Origin: Alphaproteobacteria bacterium
GTDB taxonomy: Bacteria > Pseudomonadota > Alphaproteobacteria > RF32 > CAG-239
Assembly (NCBI GenBank): GCA_031550205.1
Contig: JAVBOV010000028.1
Location: 1-57,005 of the forward strand
Length of the DNA: 57,005 bases
Direction of reading: 5' to 3'
The notes below the pieces were generated by a model that searched no databases, was not told the DNA's origin, and saw only the letters and a list, made by a program, of their open reading frames with translations. The translations under genes were made by a program, and so were the position numbers. Shown piece by piece: positions 28,327 through 35,351 of the stretch (the stretch's first letter is position 1; every line of letters starts with the position of its first letter).

Positions 28327-29064
28327 ATGTTCAAACTAAACAATAAAGTAGCTTTAATCACCGGCGCTGCCGGCGGCATCGGCGAAAAAATCGCCCGCAC
28401 CTTATATGCTCAAGGCGCCATTGTGGCCCTGACCGATATGCGTGCAGAACCAATGGAAAAGCTGGCCAAAGAACTGGGTGAAAGAGCCCATGTATTTGTT
28501 GCCAACCTTACCAACTCTGAAGACGTTAACAACCTGGTTAAAAGTGTTGAAGAAAAACTGGAACGCATTGACATTTTGGTCAACAACGCCGGCTTAACCC
28601 GCGACAATTTGTTTATGCGCATGTCAGATGATGAATGGCAGCTGGTATTGGATGTTAACTTAACCGCCGGCTTCAAGCTGGCCCGTGCCGCCATCCGCGG
28701 CATGATGAAGCGCCGTTTTGGCCGCATCATCGGCATGGCTTCCGTTGTCGGCGTAATGGGCAACGCCGGACAAGCCAACTATTCCGCCTCCAAAGGCGGC
28801 ATGATTGCCATGAACAAATGCCTGGCTCAAGAAGTTGCCAGCCGTGGCATTACCGTAAATTCCATTGCTCCTGGCTTTATCAGAACCCCAATGACCGATG
28901 TCTTGACCGAAGAACAAAAGAAAGCTTTGTTAACCCGCGTTCCAACCGGCGCCTTGGGCGAACCTCAAGACATTGCCAACGTAGTTGCCTTCTTGGCATC
29001 AGATGAGGCAGGCTACATCACCGGCCAAACCATCAATATCAACGGCGGCATGATAATGATATAA
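28327..29064 (+). CDS. fabG: 3-oxoacyl-ACP reductase
   Basis: TGAAGGIG, NNAG and YSASKGG SDR motifs, directly after fabD. Confidence 0.95.
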   Translation: MFKLNNKVALITGAAGGIGEKIARTLYAQGAIVALTDMRAEPMEKLAKELGERAHVFVANLTNSEDVNNLVKSVEEKLERIDILVNNAGLTRDNLFMRMSDDEWQLVLDVNLTAGFKLARAAIRGMMKRRFGRIIGMASVVGVMGNAGQANYSASKGGMIAMNKCLAQEVASRGITVNSIAPGFIRTPMTDVLTEEQKKALLTRVPTGALGEPQDIANVVAFLASDEAGYITGQTININGGMIMI

Positions 29065-29067
29065 CCC

Positions 29068-29102
29068 GTCATTGCGAGAGGGCGTCTACCCCGAAGCAAT
29101 CC
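29068..29102. repeat. GTCATTGCGAG..GAAGCAATCC hairpin repeat
   Basis: gtcattgcgagagggcgtctaccccgaagcaatcc. Confidence 0.7.
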
Positions 29103-29104
29103 AC

Positions 29105-29136
29105 AAAAAAGACCTTGCAAAACAAGGTCTTTTTTC
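29105..29136 (+). terminator. Rho-independent terminator after fabG
   Basis: aaaaaagaccttg-caaaa-caaggtctttttt. Confidence 0.75.
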
Positions 29137-29185
29137 ACACCCAAAACCAACAAATTATCCAACATTATCAACATATTAGACGCTA

Positions 29186-29215
29186 AATATTACGTGACTC
29201 GAGTCACGTAATATT
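29186..29215. promoter_or_regulatory. Perfect 30-bp palindrome with a TACGTGA-N6-TCACGTA core
   Basis: aatattacgtgactc|gagtcacgtaatatt lies about 40 bp upstream of a TTGACA -35 element. The same core occurs at 42842-42861. Confidence 0.5.
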
Positions 29216-29254
29216 CACATCCAAACCCTCTCTTTAACCCCCCAAAAATCATCC

Positions 29255-29283
29255 TTGACATTTTAGACAAAAAATGCGATTAT
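29255..29283 (+). promoter_or_regulatory. Sigma-70-like promoter
   Basis: TTGACA-17 nt-GATTAT, 44 nt upstream of the ATG at 29327. Confidence 0.4.
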
Positions 29284-29326
29284 ACCCCACAAACAAACCT
29301 ATTATTTACTTAAAATATTATTATCT

Positions 29327-29938
29327 ATGGCAAAAATTATTCTACCCATGGGCCCTTCATCATGCGGTAAAGGCTACCTAACCAACGAAATTATCAAACC
29401 TTATTGCGAAAAGCATGGCAAAAGATTAGTAGTCATAAGCACCGGTGAGTTATTACGCGAAGAAGTCGCCAACCAAACAAATCTTGGGAAATTAGCAAAA
29501 ACCTTTATAGATAAGGGCATACTGGTCCCGGATAGGCTGATTTGGAGTATGTTTGAAAAAAAGCTCTTAAGCTTAGGGCCAAATATTCCCAATCTTTTTA
29601 TCATAATCGATGGCCTTCCGCGAAATTTATTCCAGCTTGGTGCTCTTTGGCATTTGATACCTCAGCATTTTGAAGATGAAAAAGTCGAAGTAATTGCTAT
29701 TAATGCCGAAGAGCGAATACTTATTGAGCGCATGCTAAAACGAGCCGAAAAAGAAAAACGCAGCGATGATTATAAGGAATCCTTCTATCAAAAGATGGAT
29801 GTCTACCGAAAAGATGTCTTCCCTACTGTACGGAAAGCAGCAGATATTATCGTTTGGAAAAATTTCCACATCATTGACGCAAATCAAGATCTAAAAGAAA
29901 TCGATCATTCGTCAATGCTAAATCAAATTTTCAACTAA
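29327..29938 (+). CDS. Divergent adenylate-kinase-family nucleoside monophosphate kinase
   Basis: P-loop GPSSCGKG, LVPDRLI and IIDGLPRN blocks parallel the adenylate kinase blocks GPPGxGKGT, LVPDE and LxDGFPR. Standalone gene. Confidence 0.7.
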   Translation: MAKIILPMGPSSCGKGYLTNEIIKPYCEKHGKRLVVISTGELLREEVANQTNLGKLAKTFIDKGILVPDRLIWSMFEKKLLSLGPNIPNLFIIIDGLPRNLFQLGALWHLIPQHFEDEKVEVIAINAEERILIERMLKRAEKEKRSDDYKESFYQKMDVYRKDVFPTVRKAADIIVWKNFHIIDANQDLKEIDHSSMLNQIFN

Positions 29939-29945
29939 ACCAAAA

Positions 29946-29974
29946 GGCCTTGAGTTCTCACTCAAGGCCTTTTT
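29946..29974 (+). terminator. Rho-independent terminator
   Basis: ggccttgagt-tctc-actcaaggcc followed by ttttt. Confidence 0.75.
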
Positions 29975-29991
29975 AAATAAATCAATTCAAT

Positions 29992-30095
29992 GAGTTTGAT
30001 TTGTGAGCGTGCTACGCAGTGATTTTGCGGGCGTGAGTGTACGCTTTTGTACATGAGCCCGCAAAATTACAAGTATGACGCCATAAATCAAACTC
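29992..30095. repeat. Family-B ~100-bp palindromic element, copy 1 (abuts the hydA stop codon)
   Basis: gagtttgattt...gattttgcgggc-gtgagtgtacgcttttgtacatga-gcccgcaaaatt...aaatcaaactc. Homologous to 40890-40992. Confidence 0.8.
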
Positions 30096-31885
30096 TACTT
30101 CGGCTCAACAGCTTCGTCTTTCTTATACGCCTCACGCTTAACATAATGCGTATGCAAAAGCTCGTGTGCCTTGTGCGAAGACGGTTTTTCCAAAAATTCA
30201 TCATAAAGCTTCTTAATCGATTCGTTATGGTGAGAGAAATGGTTCTTCATTCCCTTATCCTCATCCAGCAAACCTTTGGCGCGCTTTAAGCGAATATCGT
30301 TGGTAATGCCGCGAGGTTTCTGCTGATCAGGAAGCAAGGCTCTCGGCTGTCCGCCGCCGGAAATACATCCGCCGCGGCAAGCCATAACCTCAACAAAGTG
30401 ATACGGAGTTTCAAGGCCTGCCTTCTTGGCCTCGCGAACCTTTTGCAAAACCTTTTCCACATTTCCGGTTCCATGCGCCACCGCAATACGAACCTTGTTT
30501 CCGGCAACGTCAATTTCAGCTTCCTTAACGCCTTCCAAGCCTTCAATCTGCTTAAAATTAACCGTTTCCAGCTCTTTGCCGGTAATGTAAAAATAGGCCG
30601 TGCGCAAAGCCGCCGTCATAACCCCGCCGGTTGTGCCGAAGATTGTGCCAGCGCCGGAATATTCACCCAGCGGATTATCTGCCTGCTCATCTTTTAAAGC
30701 CCTGAAATTAATGCCCGACTGCTTAATCATTCTTGAAAGCTCTCTGGTGGTCAAAGACACGTCCACATCTTGGAACCCTGAAGATCTCATGTCTTCGCTG
30801 CGCCTGATTTCCCACTTTTTGGCTGTGCAGGGCATAATTGAAATCACCCTGACCTTAGCTGGGTCAAGCCCCATTTTCTGGGCATAATAAGTCTTGGCCA
30901 TAGAGCCCACCATCGATTGCGGAGACTTACAGCTTGAGAAATGAGAAATCATGTCATGATGATACTTTTCCATCAAATCCACCCAAGACGGGCAGCAAGA
31001 TGTAATCAAAGGCAGGCTGTCCGGCTGCTTGGTAAACCTGTTCACAAACTCGGTTGCTTCTTCAATAATGGTCAAATCTGCACCAAAGTTGGTGTCAAAT
31101 ACCTTGGAAAAGCCCAAGCGGCGCAAAGCGGCATAAAGCTTGCCGGTCAAATTTGTGCCGATTTCATAGCCGAAATCTTCGCCGATTGCCACTCTAACCG
31201 CCGGAGCAATCTGCACAATAGTGTGCAAATCTTTGTCATTAAGCATATCCCAAACCTTTTGGGTCTCGTCATACTCAACAATTGCACCGGTCGGACAGTG
31301 TGCCGAACATTGACCGCACTTAATGCACGGACTCTCGTTTAGTGGAATTCCGCCGGCAGCCGTAATTTTGGTTGCCAATCCGCGGTGCAAAAAGCCCAAA
31401 GCCCAAACGTTTTGCTGATGCTGACAAACTTCCACGCAGCGTCCGCAGGTAATGCATTTTGAAGCATCCAAAACAATCGATTTTGTAGAATCATCAATCG
31501 GGTGCATCTTAGTTAGGTTGGGAAGTCTGGCCTCTCTAATCCCAAAGTCCTGCGTAATATCTTGCAACTCGCAGGTTCCTGAGCGAATGCAGGTCAGACA
31601 GGAGTTCGGATGGTTGCTCAAAATCAGCTCCAAAACCGTTCTTCTCACGCTCACCAGTTCCGGGTCAGAGGTAATAATGTTCATACCTTCTTCCGCCGGC
31701 GTGCAGCAAGAGCGCAAAATTCTGCCGTTAACCTTAACAATGCACAATCCGCAGCCTGCTGACGGGTCAACATCCGGGTGCTTGCACAAAGTAGGAATAT
31801 CAATCTGAATGTTTCTGGCTGCTTCTAAAATTGTCGTACCCTGAGGAACTTCAACATCAAAATTATCAATCTTTAATTTCACCAT
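30095..31885 (-). CDS. hydA: [FeFe]-hydrogenase catalytic subunit (M3-type, with C-terminal small-subunit-like tail)
   Basis: H-cluster motifs TSCCPSW, MPCTAKKWE and EVMACRGGCISGGGQP. N-terminal 2Fe-2S domain, HPNSCLTCIRSGTC, and two CxxCxxCxxxC ferredoxin motifs. Confidence 0.95.
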   Translation of the reverse strand: MVKLKIDNFDVEVPQGTTILEAARNIQIDIPTLCKHPDVDPSAGCGLCIVKVNGRILRSCCTPAEEGMNIITSDPELVSVRRTVLELILSNHPNSCLTCIRSGTCELQDITQDFGIREARLPNLTKMHPIDDSTKSIVLDASKCITCGRCVEVCQHQQNVWALGFLHRGLATKITAAGGIPLNESPCIKCGQCSAHCPTGAIVEYDETQKVWDMLNDKDLHTIVQIAPAVRVAIGEDFGYEIGTNLTGKLYAALRRLGFSKVFDTNFGADLTIIEEATEFVNRFTKQPDSLPLITSCCPSWVDLMEKYHHDMISHFSSCKSPQSMVGSMAKTYYAQKMGLDPAKVRVISIMPCTAKKWEIRRSEDMRSSGFQDVDVSLTTRELSRMIKQSGINFRALKDEQADNPLGEYSGAGTIFGTTGGVMTAALRTAYFYITGKELETVNFKQIEGLEGVKEAEIDVAGNKVRIAVAHGTGNVEKVLQKVREAKKAGLETPYHFVEVMACRGGCISGGGQPRALLPDQQKPRGITNDIRLKRAKGLLDEDKGMKNHFSHHNESIKKLYDEFLEKPSSHKAHELLHTHYVKREAYKKDEAVEPK

Positions 31886-31896
31886 TTTCGTTTCCC

Positions 31897-33570
31897 CTAT
31901 TTCTTCTTCTCTTTTTTAATCTTATCCATATATTCTTTTTCAAAGAAATGCAGTGTTGAAAGCACCGGGTTGGGCGCTGTCTGACCCAATCCGCACAAAG
32001 ATGCCTTTTGCATTGCATGTGCAACGCCTTTCATTTCTTCAATATCTTCCATTGTAGCGCGGCCGGCAATAATCTTTTCCAGCAAAAGCACCAGCTGCTT
32101 GCCGCCCACACGGCACGGAGCGCACTTGCCGCAAGATTCATCAACTGTAAAGTCCAGATAAAACTTGGCAATATCCACCATGTTGGAAGTATCATCCATC
32201 ACAATCATGCCGCCCGAGCCCATAATCGAACCCACTTTTTTAAGTTCTTCATAACAAACCGGCAAATCCATCTGTGAAACCGGAATCACGCCGCCGGAAG
32301 GCCCGCCGGTCTGCACCGCTTTTAGTTTTTTGCCGTGCGGCACACCGCCGCCGATTTCATTAACAATTTCATTTAAAGTCGTACCCATCGGCACCTCAAT
32401 CAGGCCGATATGCTCAACCTGGCCTGAAAGCGCAAACACTTTGGTTCCCTTGGAAGTGGCCGTGCCAAAAGAACTGAACCAGTCTGCTCCTTTCAAGATA
32501 ATGGTCGGAATATTGGCCAAGGTCTCAACGTTGTTAACGCAAGAGGGCTTGCCCCACAAACCATGGTCTGTCGGATACGGCGGACGTGGACGCGGAGTAC
32601 CGCGGTTGCCTTCAATCGAGCGAATAAGCGCGGTTTCTTCGCCGCATACAAACGCGCCGGCACCAAGCCTCACTTCAATATTAAAAGAAAAATCCGTTCC
32701 CAGAATATTTTTGCCCAAAAGCTTATATTTGCGGGCATCTTTAATCGCCTTTTCCAAGCGCTCCACCGCCAAAGGATATTCGGCGCGCACATAAAACCAG
32801 CCTTCGGTCGCCCCAATGGCATAAGCGCCAATCATCATGCCCTCAATAACCTCGTGCGGGTTTCCTTCCAAAATTGAGCGGTCCATATACGCACCCGGGT
32901 CGCCTTCGTCACCGTTGCAGATAATAAACTTTTCATCCACGGTTGGAACTTTGGCCGCAAATTCCCACTTCATGCCGGTCGAAAAACCGCCGCCGCCGCG
33001 TCCGCGCAGACCGGATTTCTTAATTTCCGCCACCACATCGGCCGGCTTCATGGTTTTCAAAACCTTCTCCAAGCCCAAATATCCGCCGTGAGAAATATAT
33101 TCGGCAATATCTTCCGGGTCCAAGTGTCCGGCGTCTTTCAAAACCACTTTTTCCTGCTTGGTGAAAAAAGGCAAATCCAAAGAAAGAACGCACTCTTCCA
33201 AAACCTTCGGCAGGGTCATCTGCTTTCCGGACTCCAGCTTTAAAGCCGGCACCACATGCTCATCAATAATTGTTTTCATTGTTGGCGCATCAACCAGTTT
33301 ATACAGCACGTCTTTCTGACCCTTAACCTCAACCCTGATCAACGGCCCCTGAGCGCAAAGCCCCATGCATCCGGTTGGCACAATCCTGACCTTTTCTTCA
33401 ATTCCGTGCACTTTAAAAGCTTCTTTCATGGCCGCAATCAAATCATCGCTGCCAGAAGATTTGCAGCCGGTGGAATGGCAGCAATAAATGTTGCATAAAA
33501 ACTTGTCTAAAAGCTGTTTTTTTTCTTCTGCAACAAAGTGAATGTCGTATTTATTATCAACTTCTGCCAT
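31897..33570 (-). CDS. hydB: NuoF-like flavoprotein subunit of the trimeric hydrogenase
   Basis: N-terminal thioredoxin-like 2Fe-2S cysteines, FMN/NADH site GLRGRGGGGFSTGMKW, and 4Fe-4S ESCGKCAPCRVG...CGLGQ. The ATG at 33570 is preceded by aaggag; the track start at 33639 is TTG. Confidence 0.93.
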   Translation of the reverse strand: MAEVDNKYDIHFVAEEKKQLLDKFLCNIYCCHSTGCKSSGSDDLIAAMKEAFKVHGIEEKVRIVPTGCMGLCAQGPLIRVEVKGQKDVLYKLVDAPTMKTIIDEHVVPALKLESGKQMTLPKVLEECVLSLDLPFFTKQEKVVLKDAGHLDPEDIAEYISHGGYLGLEKVLKTMKPADVVAEIKKSGLRGRGGGGFSTGMKWEFAAKVPTVDEKFIICNGDEGDPGAYMDRSILEGNPHEVIEGMMIGAYAIGATEGWFYVRAEYPLAVERLEKAIKDARKYKLLGKNILGTDFSFNIEVRLGAGAFVCGEETALIRSIEGNRGTPRPRPPYPTDHGLWGKPSCVNNVETLANIPTIILKGADWFSSFGTATSKGTKVFALSGQVEHIGLIEVPMGTTLNEIVNEIGGGVPHGKKLKAVQTGGPSGGVIPVSQMDLPVCYEELKKVGSIMGSGGMIVMDDTSNMVDIAKFYLDFTVDESCGKCAPCRVGGKQLVLLLEKIIAGRATMEDIEEMKGVAHAMQKASLCGLGQTAPNPVLSTLHFFEKEYMDKIKKEKKK

Positions 33571-33574
33571 TTTC

Positions 33575-34057
33575 TTACTCCTTACCGCCGGCTTGGTTAT
33601 TCTGCTTCCACTCGTCAACAATCGGCTTAACGCCCTCAACGGTCATGCGGCCATAGGTTTTGCCGTTAACCACCACCACCGGAGCCAAACCGCAGCAGCC
33701 GACGCAGCGCACGCATTGCAGGTGAAACTCCTTATCCGGAGTGCTCTCGCCTTCCTTAATGTTAAGCAGTTTTTTAAACTCTTCCAAAACCTTGTCGTTG
33801 CCCTTAAGGTAGCAGGCCGTTCCGGTGCAAACCGAAACCACGGCCTTACCCGGAGCCTCAAGTTTGAAGAAGTTATAAAACGTAAGCACTTCATAAATTC
33901 TGGCCATGGGCACACCCATTCCGTAAGCCAGTTCCAAAGCGCTGTCCCAAGGAACATATCCGTTGGTTTCCTGAATTTCATGAAGAGCCATAATCAAAGA
34001 GCCTCTTTTGGCCTTCCACTTAATTGCGGCCTTTTGGGCTGCAGAAATTTCCGCCAT
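33575..34057 (-). CDS. hydC: NuoE-like 2Fe-2S subunit of the trimeric hydrogenase
   Basis: CTGTAC...CVRCVGCCGLAPVV cysteine pattern of NuoE/HydC. ATG at 34057 after ggtgg; the track start at 34066 is GTG. Confidence 0.92.
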   Translation of the reverse strand: MAEISAAQKAAIKWKAKRGSLIMALHEIQETNGYVPWDSALELAYGMGVPMARIYEVLTFYNFFKLEAPGKAVVSVCTGTACYLKGNDKVLEEFKKLLNIKEGESTPDKEFHLQCVRCVGCCGLAPVVVVNGKTYGRMTVEGVKPIVDEWKQNNQAGGKE

Positions 34058-34229
34058 TTTTACCACCTTTTCTTATAAAAAATCCAAATTTGAATTAGAC
34101 TTACCATATTATGTAAAATCTTCTTATTCAAGCATAAATTGCTCTCTTCCATAATAAACTTGTGTTTCAAAAAGTTTCACTCTAAAATTTGTTTGTTTTC
34201 TAAAAAATATTTGATTATACTCGTCCCTG

Positions 34230-35351
34230 ATGAAAAAATTAAACTTATACATTTCAAAGCAGCTTCTTGTCGGTTTTTTACTGGTTGCTTTCTCGCTGCT
34301 TTCCATTTTATGGCTGACTCAGTCTTTGCGCTTTGTTGAACTAATCACCAGCAAAGGCCTGCCGGTCAGCATTTTTGTTGAAATGACCTCTCTCTTAATG
34401 CCCAGGCTTTTTGTGCTTTTGTCACCCATATCAATCTTCATTGCCTGCCTCTTCACCTTCAACCGCCTGCTTTCCGACCGCGAACTGGTGGTCATGAAAT
34501 CCGCCGGCATCAGCCCTTGGCAAAGCTCCAAAGCAGTGTTTCTTGTGGGTGGCATATTAACCGTTTTCAGCATCTACATGAACAACTTCGGCATCCCCGG
34601 AGCCGAGAAATCCTTTAGCGAGCTTGAGTGGAAGGTTAAAAACGACCTTTCCCATCTTCTGTTTCGCGAAGGAGAGTTCACCACCCTGCAGTCCGGCTTA
34701 ACCATTTTCATCACCTCGCAGGAAAAAAACGGCTCGGTTTCCGGCATTTTAATTAATGATGAAAGAGACCCGCAGAAAAAGGTAACCGTTGTTGCCGATA
34801 AGGGCCGCATTGTCTATTCCGAAGACAAGCCGCGCATTCTTCTTATCAAAGGTGCCAGACAAGAAATAAACCTCAAAGACTCTCAGTTTTCTTCTCTTTC
34901 ATTTGACCGTTATTCCGTAGATTTTGCCACGCCCTCCGCCGGCAAAAAGAAAGACGCCGGCGTGCGCAGCCAAAACCTTTTTGAGCTCTTAAGCGCCGGC
35001 AGCAACCCAAACTTAACTCCTCAGGAAGCCAGCCGCTACATGGTTGAGGGGCACAAAAGGCTCCTTAACCCGTTTTACAACATTTTGTTTGCGCTTCTTG
35101 GGTGCGTAGGCTTCTTAATCGGCAGTTTTAACCGCCGCGGCCAGGCCAAAATCATCTTCACCTCCATATTTTTCATGGTCATTATCCAGGCCGGAGACCT
35201 GGCCTACGGCAACATGGCCGTTAAGCGTTTTTATCTGCTGCCTTTACTATATATAAACTTTTTTGTGCCTTTAATTATCTGCTTATGTTTATTAAAGTTT
35301 AACCGCATATCTTTCTTTCCGAAAAGAAAAAAAGAGACAGTTTATGAATAA
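34230..35351 (+). CDS. LptF/LptG-family LPS export permease
   Basis: YISKQLLVGFLLV N-terminus, six TM-like segments and a periplasmic beta-jellyroll region. Lies directly upstream of lptD and overlaps it by 8 nt. Confidence 0.85.
   Translation: MKKLNLYISKQLLVGFLLVAFSLLSILWLTQSLRFVELITSKGLPVSIFVEMTSLLMPRLFVLLSPISIFIACLFTFNRLLSDRELVVMKSAGISPWQSSKAVFLVGGILTVFSIYMNNFGIPGAEKSFSELEWKVKNDLSHLLFREGEFTTLQSGLTIFITSQEKNGSVSGILINDERDPQKKVTVVADKGRIVYSEDKPRILLIKGARQEINLKDSQFSSLSFDRYSVDFATPSAGKKKDAGVRSQNLFELLSAGSNPNLTPQEASRYMVEGHKRLLNPFYNILFALLGCVGFLIGSFNRRGQAKIIFTSIFFMVIIQAGDLAYGNMAVKRFYLLPLLYINFFVPLIICLCLLKFNRISFFPKRKKETVYE

Noticed and set aside
30047-34078. Plus-strand ORFs (up to 178 aa) across the hydrogenase operon.
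   Set aside because: They lie antisense to hydA, hydB and hydC, each of which carries diagnostic cofactor motifs.
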